Below, in pieces: positions 53,670-64,000 of a DNA stretch of 64,000 bases. The stretch is from Deinococcota bacterium (GTDB lineage Bacteria; Deinococcota; Deinococci; Deinococcales; Thermaceae), in contig JBGFRI010000014.1 of the NCBI GenBank assembly GCA_041695225.1, positions 154,186 through 218,185 of the forward strand, in the 5' to 3' direction. Positions within the stretch are counted from its first letter, which is position 1. Each line of letters starts with the position of its first letter. The translations under genes were made by a program, and so were the position numbers. Below the pieces are notes generated by a model. It did not search any database. It saw nothing but the letters and a program-made list of their open reading frames with translations, and was not told the origin of the DNA.

Positions 53670-54716
53670 ATGAACCTATGGTTGGGTCTGGCGGTCCTAA
53701 CCCTGGCCAGCTGTGTACCACAGCCAGGGCACAAACCTTATCAGCTCAGTGAGATCCAGGTGCTATTTGCCGGGAGCAGCGAGCGTTGGAGTTATTTTTA
53801 CGGTGAGCCCCAGGTCATCCGGCTGGGTGAGCAGAGCCTAAGCCTCACCAGAGGCCCTACCAGCCCGCTGACTGAACCAGAGGCTTTACTGGTAGGGGGT
53901 AAGCCATTCTACCGAGAGATCTACCCGGCCATACCACTGGTGGCCCAGACCAGCCGTACTTTTCCCGGTATACAGTTCGTGGTACGCACCAGTCACAAGG
54001 TACAGACTGCCTGGCTGTTCGATGGAGGCTGGTCGCGGTTGGGTAGTTCCTTTGCCAGCAACACAATACACGTGGTAGAAAAACACCCAGGCTCACCCCG
54101 CCTGGCCGGCCTCTCGGAGGCCGTAAATGAAGCCGTACTACGTGAAATCCTGAGCCGCAGCGGGAGGCGGCCGGTGGTGGTGTATGAACTCGAGCCCCCA
54201 CTGGCCCCCAACCGCTTCCAGCCTGCCCCCAGCCAGAGCCAGGTGGTAGCTCTGGCTGTGCAGTACGGCCTAAAGACGGAGGTTGCCTTGAGCCCACCCA
54301 GTCCTCAACCCCTGAACCCCCGCATCCTGCGGCAGGCCGCACACTCGGCCTATACCGACCAGAACCCGGCGGCTTTTCTGCTCCGCAACCAGGGTGAGCT
54401 CGAGCCGGCCTGGCGTCTGGCTGTTGGCCATATGCTCCCCGCGCCCGCTATGCCCGCGGTGGATTTTGGCCAAAGCCGTGTAGTGGCCTTCTTCTGGGGC
54501 CAGAAACCAACCGGCGGCTTCAGCATCCAGTTGCTAAGTACCCGGGTTGTAGAGAGTACCCTGCGGGTCGAACTGCGCCTGAGCAGCCCTGCTCCCGACG
54601 CAATGGTTACCCAGGCCCTGACCAGCCCCTTCCTGATGCTGGAGGTGCCGGCGCGGTTCACGCGGGTAGAGTTTGTAGATAGCAGTGGGCGTGTTCTGGC
54701 CAGCGCTGGCCGGTGA
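53670..54716 (+). CDS. lipoprotein with PrcB-like C-terminal domain
   Basis: Lipobox LAS|C; VDFGQSRVVAFFWGQKPTGGFSI..MVTQALTSPF. Confidence 0.75.
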   Translation: MNLWLGLAVLTLASCVPQPGHKPYQLSEIQVLFAGSSERWSYFYGEPQVIRLGEQSLSLTRGPTSPLTEPEALLVGGKPFYREIYPAIPLVAQTSRTFPGIQFVVRTSHKVQTAWLFDGGWSRLGSSFASNTIHVVEKHPGSPRLAGLSEAVNEAVLREILSRSGRRPVVVYELEPPLAPNRFQPAPSQSQVVALAVQYGLKTEVALSPPSPQPLNPRILRQAAHSAYTDQNPAAFLLRNQGELEPAWRLAVGHMLPAPAMPAVDFGQSRVVAFFWGQKPTGGFSIQLLSTRVVESTLRVELRLSSPAPDAMVTQALTSPFLMLEVPARFTRVEFVDSSGRVLASAGR

Positions 54717-54817
54717 TGGTTTGGTAAGTTAGAAGGTCGCATGTCTCAGGTCTAGGCCCGGACTGGGGGGTGAGTCTAACCACTCAGCAAAGACTATTGA
54801 CCTTCAGCCTTTGGCCT

Positions 54818-56176
54818 TCACCTTTGCTCGCCAGCGCCCCCGCTTCTTTCTCTGCGCCCGCGAAAGACCATACGGAAGGGAATCTCGCGCAGACCGAGGT
54901 CTTCGCCAATGCGGTTGCGCAAGAAGCCCTCGAAGGCCCTGGTCACAAACTCGGGGTAGTTACAAAAGAAGACAAAGGTAGGCGGGGCTACCTCGGGCTG
55001 GGTTAAGAAAAAGAGCTTGAGCGGCTTGCCCTTGAAGTTGGGCAGCATGGTCTGGGTAGTCCACAGCGAAAGCCAGCGGTTAAGCTCGGCAGTCTCGAAG
55101 CGCACACGGGCCAGCTCGTAAAGCCGGGCAGCCTCCGAGAGTAGCTTGTGCAGGTTCTGCTTGGTGACAGACGAGACGTAAAGAGTGGGCAGGTGCTGGA
55201 TGTGGGAAAGTTTGAGCCCCAGCTGGGCCCGCACCCGTCTGGCTTCCTCTTTGCTTTCAATCAGGTCCCACTTGCTGATGGTCACGATCACCGGTTTGCC
55301 AGCGTCCAGGGCCTCGTTGGCCAGTTTGAGTTCGTGGTCGCCCGACTCCTGGGGGTCTACCACCAGCAACACAATATCGGCGTCCAGAATGGCCTGATGG
55401 GCCCGCCCAATGGCCTGTTCTTCCACCCCGGTTTCGGGGCGCTTGCGAATGCCCGCTGTGTCTACCAGCAAAAATTTGCTGCCGGCGTAGTCAAACTCGA
55501 CATCAATAGCGTCGCGGGTTGTGCCCGGCAGTTCGGAGACAATTACCCGCTCCTCGCCCAGAATAGCATTCAGCAAGCTGGACTTACCCGCGTTGGGCCG
55601 TCCCACAATGGCCAGGCGGATGGGGGCCACCTCGGGCTCAATTTCGCTTTCACGCACGGGCAGCAGCGCCCAGATGCGCTCCAGCAGGTGGTCAAAGCCC
55701 CGGCCGTGGGCCGCGCTGGTGGGCAGGGCCTCGCCAAAGCCCAGCGCGAAGAAATCGCCCAGGTAGGCTTCGTGCTTTGGGTCATCAATTTTGGTGGCCA
55801 CTACCTGTACTGTCCTGCCCTGGCGGCGCAAAAAGTCGGCTACCTCGAGGTCGGCGGTAGCGAGGTCGCTACGCCCATCCACGGCAAACAGCACCAGGTC
55901 GGCATCGGCGATAGCCCGCTCTACTTTTTGTTTGATTTTCTTTTCCCACACATCGCCCGACCACAAGCCGCCAGTATCTATCAGCTTGAAGCGGCCCTGT
56001 TCGCTTTGCACCATGCCCTCTTTGAGGTCGCGGGTGACCCCCGGCACATCGGCCACCACCGCAAACTGGCTTCCGGCCTTGGCGTATTTCTCAGGTGCAG
56101 CGCGCAATCCCAATAGCTTGTTGAACAGACTCGACTTGCCCACATTGGGACGCCCCACAATCACCACTCGATACAT
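54818..56176 (-). CDS. der: ribosome biogenesis GTPase Der/EngA
   Basis: Two G domains GRPNVGKS and GRPNAGKS, DTGG, DTAG, KH-like tail. Confidence 0.96.
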   Translation of the reverse strand: MYRVVIVGRPNVGKSSLFNKLLGLRAAPEKYAKAGSQFAVVADVPGVTRDLKEGMVQSEQGRFKLIDTGGLWSGDVWEKKIKQKVERAIADADLVLFAVDGRSDLATADLEVADFLRRQGRTVQVVATKIDDPKHEAYLGDFFALGFGEALPTSAAHGRGFDHLLERIWALLPVRESEIEPEVAPIRLAIVGRPNAGKSSLLNAILGEERVIVSELPGTTRDAIDVEFDYAGSKFLLVDTAGIRKRPETGVEEQAIGRAHQAILDADIVLLVVDPQESGDHELKLANEALDAGKPVIVTISKWDLIESKEEARRVRAQLGLKLSHIQHLPTLYVSSVTKQNLHKLLSEAARLYELARVRFETAELNRWLSLWTTQTMLPNFKGKPLKLFFLTQPEVAPPTFVFFCNYPEFVTRAFEGFLRNRIGEDLGLREIPFRMVFRGRRERSGGAGEQR

Positions 56177-56291
56177 AGCTCCGCTCACACTCACTCAAGA
56201 CCCGCCCTGCCGCGGGATGGGCAGCAAGGGCGCAAACCCGCGTTACGCCAGTCCACAAACCACATTCTTGATGTTACCATGCGCTTGTTGC

Positions 56292-56951
56292 ATGGAACGG
56301 GTCTGTTTGGTGGTAGGAATGGGGCGGGGCATCGGGCTGAGCGTGGCCCGGCGCTTTGGCCGCGAGGGTTACAGGCTGGGCCTGATTGCACGTAGCCAGT
56401 CCAGCCTGCAGAACTACGCAGGGGCGCTGGAGCTCGACGGCTGCAAGGCAAAAGGCTTCCCTGCAGATGTTACCCGCACCCCACAGCTTATCTCAGCTAT
56501 TCGCGAGGCCGAAAAACAGCTCGGTTCAATTGGGGTGCTGATATACAACGCCTGTGCCACCCAGGGTAGCCGGGCTTCTGAGTTGAGCCTGGAGGCCCTC
56601 GAGGAAACCCTGAAAGTCAATCTGTACGGCGCTCTGGTAACGGCCCAGTTGGTAATTCCCGGAATGCTCTCGCGCAGGAAGGGAACCATCCTCTTTACCG
56701 GCGACGGCCTGGCCCTGAACCCCCACCCCGACCAGGCAGCGCTCTCGATTGGCAAAGCCTCCCTACGCGCACTGGTAGGCACACTCAGCAAGGAGCTGTA
56801 TCACGAAGGCATCCATGTTGCTACCGTGACCGTGGCGGGCCAGGTCAGGCGCAATACCCCCTTCGACCCTGACCTTATTGCTGATAAATTCTGGGATCTA
56901 CACAGCCAGCCGCCTGGTAGGTGGAAGACCGAGATTTCCTATCAGGGCTGA
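56292..56951 (+). CDS. short-chain dehydrogenase/reductase
   Basis: GMGRGIG, YNA, GTILFTG, GIHVATVTV. Confidence 0.85.
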   Translation: MERVCLVVGMGRGIGLSVARRFGREGYRLGLIARSQSSLQNYAGALELDGCKAKGFPADVTRTPQLISAIREAEKQLGSIGVLIYNACATQGSRASELSLEALEETLKVNLYGALVTAQLVIPGMLSRRKGTILFTGDGLALNPHPDQAALSIGKASLRALVGTLSKELYHEGIHVATVTVAGQVRRNTPFDPDLIADKFWDLHSQPPGRWKTEISYQG

Positions 56952-56991
56952 TATAACTCAGGGGTCAGCCCCACTGCTGCTGCCAGAAAAG

Positions 56992-57558
56992 TCAGCTAGC
57001 CTTGCCCAGGATAGCCTTGGCCCCAACCGCCAGGGCTTTGTCCTGATCGGCGGCATGTCCCAGGCGGTAGCCGAATTCCATGGCCTGCATATAGCTGTCC
57101 TGCATAATGGCTGCCTCGACCGCCATTATTTTTTCAAAGGCTTCCACTGCCTTGAAAATTTCCGCCGAACGTATGGTGTTACGCAGATGCTCTAGCGAGA
57201 GTTCCTGCACGATGCCAAAAGCAGGCATGATAAAACTGGGCTTGACCCCTACTGCAGCATGCACCAGGCCAATGCGCACCCTCTTTTCCGCATAGGCGTG
57301 GTTGTAGGTGCCGCAAAAAAGCTCCCGATACCAGTCGGCAAAGCTCTGGTAAAGCCGCTCTACCCTGCCGGGCGAGCCCCACAGAATGGCCCGCATCTCT
57401 TCGTCGCGGCCCAGGTAGTCATAAAAAGCCAGGGCGATTTCCGAGGCCATGGGAGCCATCAGGGGCTCGAGCTTACACAAGGTCTGTGCATGCTGCTCCA
57501 TTAGCCCAGTACGGCGTAGCAATATTTCTAACAGTGCCCCGGCATCCACTAGGGACAA
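56992..57558 (-). CDS. stand-alone protoglobin-domain protein
   Basis: EIALAFYDYL, WYRELF.GTY, RVRIGLVH..VGV. Confidence 0.75.
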   Translation of the reverse strand: MSLVDAGALLEILLRRTGLMEQHAQTLCKLEPLMAPMASEIALAFYDYLGRDEEMRAILWGSPGRVERLYQSFADWYRELFCGTYNHAYAEKRVRIGLVHAAVGVKPSFIMPAFGIVQELSLEHLRNTIRSAEIFKAVEAFEKIMAVEAAIMQDSYMQAMEFGYRLGHAADQDKALAVGAKAILGKAS

Positions 57559-57702
57559 TTGTACCTGCTCTTGTCTTCATTCTGTATCCTCTCATTACCA
57601 ATACTGAAAATAGATACAGAATGAGCCCTGGCCACATTCCGGCAGTGTATTAGATTCATCCCGATCTGTGTATATAACAGAGGTGGCCCCAGGCCCCTCC
57701 CT

Positions 57703-57742
57703 CGTCACTGCGAGGAGGCCCCCAGGCCGACGAAGCAATGAC
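57703..57742. repeat. truncated family B palindrome
   Basis: CGTCACTGCGAGGAGGCC..GGCCGACGAAGCAATGACG. Confidence 0.7.
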
Positions 57743-57828
57743 GGGGGCTGGCGCTGCGGCGCTGGCTCTCGTGTTAGCCTTAAAGCTGCAAGCGCACCGG
57801 GCCTAGCTACCCGGCCAGGAGGGGTGGG

Positions 57829-58791
57829 ATGCTTGAAGTTGCCGATCTGGTCAAGCACTACGGCCCGGTAAGGGCGGTTGATGGGATCAGTTTTAGCGTA
57901 AAGCCCGGCGAAGTGTTCGGGCTTTTGGGTCACAATGGCGCGGGGAAAACCACCACCATCCGGCTTTTGAACGGGGTGCTCAGGCCAACCTCCGGTACCG
58001 CCAGGGTATTCGGCCTCTGCCCCATAAACGATGGGCTTACCGTTCGACAGCGCTCTGGCGTTCTCACCGAGACGCCCTCGCTGGAAGAGCGCCTTTCTGC
58101 ACGGCAGAACCTGCGTTACTACGCCGACCTCTACGGCGTGGAGGCCTCCCAGGTTCCAGGGCGGTTCGAGGCTTTGCTACAGACCTTCGAGCTGAGCGAG
58201 GTGGGCGATGGCAGGGTAGGGGGTTTCAGCAAAGGGATGAAACAGCGTCTGGCGCTGTGCCGGGCCCTGCTGCACCAGCCCGAGCTGCTTTATCTGGACG
58301 AGCCCACTGCGGGGCTCGACCCGGTAGCGGCCAGGCGGGTGATAGCGTTGATCCGCGAGCAAAGCCGCGTGGGGGGCCGTACGGTGGTGATCTGCACCCA
58401 CAACCTGGGCGAGGCAGAGCAGATCTGCGACCGGGTGGCGGTGCTCGAGCGCGGCAAGCTGCTGGCCATCGGAACGCCCGCCGAGTTAGCCCGCGCCTAT
58501 CAGCACAGCGCCAAAGTGCTGATCGAGGTAGCACCGGAGACCATAGAGCAGGCGCTGGCCTGCGCCCGGGGTTTCGAGGGGGTAGAGGCCAGGGCCGAGA
58601 ACGGCCAGCTCAGCCTGACCGGGCTTTCGCGGCAGCGCATCCCGGAACTCGTTGCAGCACTGGTGAAGCTTGACGTTAGCGTTTACCGGGTCGAACCGCA
58701 AGAAGCCAGCCTCGAGGACGTATACTTCGCCCTGCACCAGCGGGCCGACCAACCGCCACAAGCCCATCCGGCGCCGGAAGTGAAGGCATGA
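57829..58791 (+). CDS. ABC-2 type ATP-binding protein
   Basis: GHNGAGKTT, FSKGMKQR, YLDEPTAGLD. Confidence 0.93.
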   Translation: MLEVADLVKHYGPVRAVDGISFSVKPGEVFGLLGHNGAGKTTTIRLLNGVLRPTSGTARVFGLCPINDGLTVRQRSGVLTETPSLEERLSARQNLRYYADLYGVEASQVPGRFEALLQTFELSEVGDGRVGGFSKGMKQRLALCRALLHQPELLYLDEPTAGLDPVAARRVIALIREQSRVGGRTVVICTHNLGEAEQICDRVAVLERGKLLAIGTPAELARAYQHSAKVLIEVAPETIEQALACARGFEGVEARAENGQLSLTGLSRQRIPELVAALVKLDVSVYRVEPQEASLEDVYFALHQRADQPPQAHPAPEVKA

Positions 58792-59597
58792 ACCGCCGCG
58801 CTATTGCCGCCATCATCCGCAAGGATCTCACTGTAGTCTTGCAGAGCAAGGCCGTGATGATTCCCATCGTTATCGTGCCGCTAGTCATCTTCATCTTTCT
58901 ACCCACCGTGGTTGGGCTGGCCGGGCCGGCGCTGATCAATCTGCCGGGTGGCCAGGAGCAGTTTTTGGCCAGACTCCCCGCCGGGCTCAGGGCCGCGCTC
59001 GAGGGCCTTAGCCCCACCCAGCAGCCTGTGGTCCTGGCGCTGGTCTACCTTTTTGCGCCCCTTTATCTGATCGTCCCCCTGATGGTGGCCAGCGTCATCG
59101 CCGCCGACTCGTTTGCCGGCGAAAAGGAGCGTAAGACGCTCGAGGCGCTAATCTACAGTCCGGTGAGCGACCGCGATCTGTTTGTGGCCAAGCTGCTCTC
59201 GGCCTGGCTGCCGGCGGTGGCGGCCGGTCTGTTTGGCTTTGTGGTCTACGCCCTGGCCAGCAACCTGGCCGCCTGGGGGGTGATGGGCCGGGTCTTCTTC
59301 CCGACCTGGATGTGGCTGGTGCTGGTGGTCTGGGTGATGCCCGCCGTGGCCGGGATGGGGCTGGGGGTCTCGGTGATGGTCTCGTCTAAGGTCAAGAGTT
59401 TCCAGGAGGCCTACCAGATTGGCGGCGTGGTGGTATTGCCAATTTTGCTCCTGGTGGTGGGCCAGATCGCCGGGGTGATGGTCTTCAGCGTCTGGCTGGT
59501 GCTGCTTTTGGGCTTGGTGCTGTGGGGCCTGACGGCCATCTTGTTGTGGTACGGCAGCAGGAGCTTTGCCCGCAGCGAACTGATTGCGCAGCTTTAG
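58788..59597 (+). CDS. ABC-2 type permease
   Basis: DSFAGEKERKTLEAL, TM segments. Confidence 0.9.
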   Translation: MNRRAIAAIIRKDLTVVLQSKAVMIPIVIVPLVIFIFLPTVVGLAGPALINLPGGQEQFLARLPAGLRAALEGLSPTQQPVVLALVYLFAPLYLIVPLMVASVIAADSFAGEKERKTLEALIYSPVSDRDLFVAKLLSAWLPAVAAGLFGFVVYALASNLAAWGVMGRVFFPTWMWLVLVVWVMPAVAGMGLGVSVMVSSKVKSFQEAYQIGGVVVLPILLLVVGQIAGVMVFSVWLVLLLGLVLWGLTAILLWYGSRSFARSELIAQL

Positions 59598-59672
59598 CGC
59601 CAAGGCTGATGACCACCCTGCGCCAGGCTGCAATTCTTGCTGGCTGGACTTTGGGCCGATAGGATAGGCTAC

Positions 59673-60206
59673 GTGAACCTAGACGACCAGGCCCAGGTGG
59701 CCCTAAGCTACCAGAATTACGCCCCTTTGCCCGCCATTGAAGGGGTGGCGTACCAGCCGCTCAAAAAGCACCGGGCCCTCGAGGGCGCCTTTATGGAGCA
59801 CCTGCGCCTTTCGGGTGGCCTGGTCGAGGGCCTTCCCGGCCCCTTCGAAGCCAGGCAGATCTCGGTCTCGTGGGCGGTTCCGGGCCGCATCAATGCCTTC
59901 CACCTTCACCCCAAGCGCACCCAGGACGAGATCTGGTGCGTACTGGAGGGCGAACTTCTGGTCTGGCTGGCGGACGTGCGGGCCGAATCCGCCACCAGGG
60001 GCCACCGGCGCTCGTTTCTGCTCTCGGGCGAGGCCCCGGCCCTGCTCCTGATTCCCAGTGGGGTGGCCCACGGCTACCGCGCAGGGCACCGGGGCGCGGT
60101 GCTGCTCTATGCCATGAACGACCAGTTCAATCCGGCCGACCCCAACGAGGGCCGCCTGCCCTGGGATTTTTTTGGGGCCGAGCTCTGGGCCGACGATAAG
60201 GGCTAA
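59673..60206 (+). CDS. rfbC: dTDP-4-dehydrorhamnose 3,5-epimerase family
   Basis: AFHLH, LLIPSGVAHGY cupin. Confidence 0.8.
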   Translation: MNLDDQAQVALSYQNYAPLPAIEGVAYQPLKKHRALEGAFMEHLRLSGGLVEGLPGPFEARQISVSWAVPGRINAFHLHPKRTQDEIWCVLEGELLVWLADVRAESATRGHRRSFLLSGEAPALLLIPSGVAHGYRAGHRGAVLLYAMNDQFNPADPNEGRLPWDFFGAELWADDKG

Positions 60207-60349
60207 GGGTTGGGTGATGAGGGTTTTTGAACTTTGCCACCTTTTGCACGGTCGAAGGTCTAAGGTCTGCGACGGTCTCGCGTTCTGGCCTTCGACCTTC
60301 GTCTTTCGACCTGCTACCTGCGACCTGCGACACCAGTAGGAGGGACGAG

Positions 60350-61360
60350 ATGAAGTTTAGACGAGTCGTGATAACCGGCGGGGCTGGCTTCATCGGGGCC
60401 AACTACGTGCACTATGCCCTAGAGGCCCACCCCGACTGGGAGATAGTGGTGCTGGACAAGCTAACCTATGCGGGTAACCTCGAGAACCTCGAGGCCGCGA
60501 TGAGCCGGATCGAGTTCATCCAGGGCGACATCGCCAGCCCTGCCGAGGCCAGCCAGGCCCTGCGCGATGCCGACGCGGTGCTCAACTTCGCCGCCGAGAG
60601 CCACGTGGACCGCAGCCTGCTGGATCCAACCGCCTTCGTGCGCACCAACCTGGAGGGCACCCTGGTGCTGCTCGAGGCCGCCCGCAAGGCCGGGGTGAAG
60701 CGCTTCTTGCAGGTCTCGACCGACGAGGTGTATGGCGACCTGCACGGTACCGAGCGCCATTCAGTAGAGGCCGACCCCCTGCGCCCCCGCTCGCCCTACG
60801 CGGCCTCCAAGGCCGGGGCCGAGCACCTGGTCCTGGCGCATGGCATCTCCCACGGCCTGGACGTGGTAATTACTCGTGGCTCCAACACCTACGGCCCCTA
60901 CCAGTACCCCGAAAAAATCATCCCCCTTTTCATCACCAATGCCCTGCAAGACCAGCCCCTGCCCCTCTATGGCGACGGCTCGGCGGTGCGCGACTATATG
61001 CACGCCTACGACCACGCCACCGGGATTGACGCCGTGCTGCACCGCGGGGTTGCGGGCGAAGCCTACAACCTGGGGGCCCGCGAGCAGATTAGCGGAGTCC
61101 AGGTGGCCGAGGGCATCCTGGCGGCTCTGGGAAAGCCCCCGTCGCTGAAAAAATTTGTGGCCGACCGGCCCGGCCACGACTACCGCTACTCGGTTGACCC
61201 CTCCAGGGCCGAGGCCCTGGGCTGGGTGCGCCGCTATACCTTCGAGCAGGGCCTGGCCGAGACCGTGGAATGGTATCGGCAAAACCGGGGCTGGTGGGAA
61301 CGGGTGCGCCAGAAAAAAGAGCACCAGAACCTGATGCAGGACTGGTATGCCCAGCGCTAA
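60350..61360 (+). CDS. rfbB: dTDP-glucose 4,6-dehydratase
   Basis: TGGAGFIG, DKLTYAGN, AAESHVDRS, STDEVYG, YAASK, DRPGHD. Confidence 0.96.
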   Translation: MKFRRVVITGGAGFIGANYVHYALEAHPDWEIVVLDKLTYAGNLENLEAAMSRIEFIQGDIASPAEASQALRDADAVLNFAAESHVDRSLLDPTAFVRTNLEGTLVLLEAARKAGVKRFLQVSTDEVYGDLHGTERHSVEADPLRPRSPYAASKAGAEHLVLAHGISHGLDVVITRGSNTYGPYQYPEKIIPLFITNALQDQPLPLYGDGSAVRDYMHAYDHATGIDAVLHRGVAGEAYNLGAREQISGVQVAEGILAALGKPPSLKKFVADRPGHDYRYSVDPSRAEALGWVRRYTFEQGLAETVEWYRQNRGWWERVRQKKEHQNLMQDWYAQR

Positions 61361-61394
61361 GGTGGGAATGTCGAGGGTCGAGTGTCAAGGGTCA

Positions 61395-62126
61395 ATGGCC
61401 ACCAGAATCTTGTTGACTGGGGGCTCAGGCCGGCTGGGAACCGCCCTGCGCGGCCTGATGCCCGAACTGATTGCGCCCGGTAGGGAAGAGCTGGACATCA
61501 CCGACCCGGCCAGCATTGAGCGGGCTTTTGCAGATCACCGGCCACAGGTGATCGTTCACGCAGCCGCCTATACCGACGTAGCCAGGGCCGAGACCGAGAA
61601 AGCCCTGTGCTGGCGGGTGAACGTGGAGGGAACCCGCAACCTGGTTCGCACAGCCCTGAAACGCGACGTGCAGTTTGTACACATCTCCACCGACTATGTT
61701 TTCTGGGGCGACGAGGGCGGCTACCACGAAGACGACCCGCTGGGGCCGGTGCGCAACTACTACGCCCTGTCCAAGCTGGTCGCCGAGGAGGTGGTGCGGG
61801 TTCTGCCCCGCCACCTGGTCATCCGCACCAGCTTCCGGCCCTCACCCTTCCCCTACCCGGTGGCCTACCACGACCTGTACACCAGCCAGGATTACCTGGA
61901 GCTCATCGCTCCCGAGATCGCCCTGGCCCTGCAACACCTGCACCAGATCCCCTACCCCACCCTGCACATTGCCACCGAGCGCAAGTCGGTGTACGAGCTG
62001 GCCCGGCGCACCCGGCCCAGCGTAGCCGCCAGATCCAAGGCGGAATCCACCGTTGCGCTCCCAGACGATATCTCCCTAAAGACCGAGCGCTGGGGTTTGC
62101 TGCGAGCGAGGTTGATGTCCGAGTAA
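61395..62126 (+). CDS. rfbD: dTDP-4-dehydrorhamnose reductase family (short)
   Basis: TGGSGRLG, HAAAYTDV, HISTDYVF, YALSK. Confidence 0.82.
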   Translation: MATRILLTGGSGRLGTALRGLMPELIAPGREELDITDPASIERAFADHRPQVIVHAAAYTDVARAETEKALCWRVNVEGTRNLVRTALKRDVQFVHISTDYVFWGDEGGYHEDDPLGPVRNYYALSKLVAEEVVRVLPRHLVIRTSFRPSPFPYPVAYHDLYTSQDYLELIAPEIALALQHLHQIPYPTLHIATERKSVYELARRTRPSVAARSKAESTVALPDDISLKTERWGLLRARLMSE

Positions 62127-62208
62127 ACCGACTTAGATGGCGTCACTGCCAGGCCCCCTGGGGCCGACGCAGTCCGGATAGCGCGGATCATGGTAATGAC
62201 CATTTTCT

Positions 62209-62445
62209 TCAACTTACAGAGAGAACTGGAATAGCGATGGTCTTCACCGCTGGACCGGCTTGCGAGGCCACTGCCTCCATCCGCTTCGCTACCTCGGCCT
62301 TGAAGTACTTCTCGCCACACTGGGTGCAGACCTCCGTGGGCACCCGCTCCAGGATAAAGAGCTGCCCATGGTAGCGGTAGTCAATGCGCTCCAGGCGTTC
62401 TTCTACCTGGCCACCGCAATAGATGCAATCATCACAAGGCTTCAT
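62209..62445 (-). CDS. YgiT-type zinc finger protein (MqsA N-terminal-like)
   Basis: CIYCGG..VPTEVCTQCGEKYF; AAGGAG RBS. Confidence 0.85.
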   Translation of the reverse strand: MKPCDDCIYCGGQVEERLERIDYRYHGQLFILERVPTEVCTQCGEKYFKAEVAKRMEAVASQAGPAVKTIAIPVLSVS

Positions 62446-62753
62446 GGCAGACTCCTTGTATCGTGGAACTGGGACACGGCACAGTGGACCCCATACTGAA
62501 CACAAAACGATAGGCCCTAAGCTGGGCCAGAGACTGGAGTCAGCAAAATTAACCCTAAACCTTACCCGTTTGGGGTGGCTCCGCGAAGACCAAAGAGGAG
62601 GGGCATCTGGCTTTGCGAGTGGATTAGAGCCTTGGACGCTATGTCCTTCATCCTCATCTATTGTCTACCACTATGCGAGGCTTTTCTTTTAAATGACGGG
62701 GGCGGGGCCTCCTCGCAAGAACGCGTGAATGATGTATCCAAGGGAATTCTGTA

Positions 62754-63875
62754 TCACTTTTCATCTGGCAGGGTGGTGTGGGCGGGAATAATAACGTCCT
62801 CCAGTTGTTCTTCCAGCTCTACCTGGTTGCGCCCAGTGGCCTTGGCGCGGTACATGGCCTCGTCGGCGCGGCTCAAGATGGCAGCAATGGTGTCGCCCTG
62901 GCGGTAGCAGGCCACACCCAGGCTGACGGTGACACTAACACCCGATATAGGGGTTTCACGGATGGACTCCAGCAGGCGCTGGGCCAGGTGATGTGCCTGA
63001 TGGATCCCGGTCTCGGGAGCCAGAACCAAGAACTCCTCCCCACCCCATCTTGCTAGACTGTCGGTTTCGCGTAGGTGTTGGCTAAGGCGTTGGGCGGCTT
63101 CACGCAAGACCTGATCACCCACCGAGTGACCATAGGTGTCGTTGACCCGTTTAAAGTGATCCAGGTCAGCTAACAAAACAGCAAAGGGGCGGCTATAGCG
63201 GCGAGCCCGTTCCAGTTCACTTTCCAGCTTGACCTGCATGGCCCGTCGGTTCTCCAGGCCGGTGAGAGCATCGGTGTGGGCCATCTGGTGCATCTGGGCA
63301 TAATGGTGGCGCAGATGGGCAAATATGTAGAGCAGCATCAGGTAGACCAGGTTAGAGAGCACGAACTGCAAGGCGGTGTTAATGGCACTGAGCCCCAGCG
63401 AAGGGCCGAAAAACAAACCAGATATGCCAGCCAGCAAGCCCAGGCCCAGATAAAAAAGGGAAAACTGCAAAGCCTGCCTTCGGTTGAGCAGCACGAAGGC
63501 CATCAGATAAACCATGGGGAACCATAGCAGGGCCGGGCTGATGCCGTTGCGCTCATGCAGTACGAACGCGGCTTCGTAAAAGAGGCTGAACAACTGGTAG
63601 ACGGCAATTTTGCCCAGGGCAATCTGCCAGACCAGTCGAATGCGGTGGGGGTTGCGCCAAAGCAGCAACTCGAGCCCCAAAAACCCCAGGGCCAGGGGCA
63701 GGAGCAACAGCCGGTCCGGCAGGCTCAGGTCGCCAACTACAACCGAGAAGCCCCAGGCCGCAAGGGCCGCGAAGGCCCCCATGGGGAGCAGCCACAGAGT
63801 GAGGCGAATACGTAATCCTTCGAGAGGATCGGCAACCTCTATCGTGGCGTAGGGATCGGGCTTGCGGCGGTACAT
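62754..63875 (-). CDS. membrane-bound diguanylate cyclase
   Basis: N-terminal TMs, DLDHFKRVND, RETD I-site, RWGGEEF. Confidence 0.93.
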   Translation of the reverse strand: MYRRKPDPYATIEVADPLEGLRIRLTLWLLPMGAFAALAAWGFSVVVGDLSLPDRLLLLPLALGFLGLELLLWRNPHRIRLVWQIALGKIAVYQLFSLFYEAAFVLHERNGISPALLWFPMVYLMAFVLLNRRQALQFSLFYLGLGLLAGISGLFFGPSLGLSAINTALQFVLSNLVYLMLLYIFAHLRHHYAQMHQMAHTDALTGLENRRAMQVKLESELERARRYSRPFAVLLADLDHFKRVNDTYGHSVGDQVLREAAQRLSQHLRETDSLARWGGEEFLVLAPETGIHQAHHLAQRLLESIRETPISGVSVTVSLGVACYRQGDTIAAILSRADEAMYRAKATGRNQVELEEQLEDVIIPAHTTLPDEK

Positions 63876-64000
63876 AGCTTTAAGGGAACCTCTAAAAATA
63901 GATTTTATAGGATTTTGTAAGCGTTTGCGCCGCCGGAAAGGAAATCGTCTGTCGTCGGTCTGGTTGTTATCTTATAAAAACTGCTGTGTGTCTGGTGTTT

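Noticed and set aside
55148..56116. 322-aa plus-strand ORF and other long antisense ORFs
   Set aside because: Shadow frames of well-conserved genes (der, gyrA, copA, argF) in GC-rich DNA.

Overview
A GC-rich chromosomal segment, most consistent with a Thermaceae bacterium of the Meiothermus type. This is inferred from protein similarity, many leaderless TAnnnT-N6-start genes and heptamer intergenic repeats. Housekeeping content includes gyrA, pilT, moaB, copZ-csoR-copA, argF/argC, deoD/deoB, ubiX, der, a peptide ABC transporter and rmlC-rmlB-rmlD. The most striking region is about 7.3-16.3 kb. It is a cassette-like array of eight intact toxin-antitoxin pairs, two decayed DUF433 copies and two type IV pilin genes. 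Most units carry their own leaderless promoter and are separated by composite nested-palindrome repeats, and no recombinase or transposase is visible in the window. Other notable items are a lipid A-type cluster (GnnA-like oxidoreductase-fabZ-lpxA-lpxB-like-msbA-like) in a lineage usually considered LPS-free, and a GGDEF-NTPase-NB-ARC-TPR (NLR-like diguanylate cyclase). Several dispersed miniature repeat families also occur. All calls come from reading the sequence and recognising motifs; no database searches were run.
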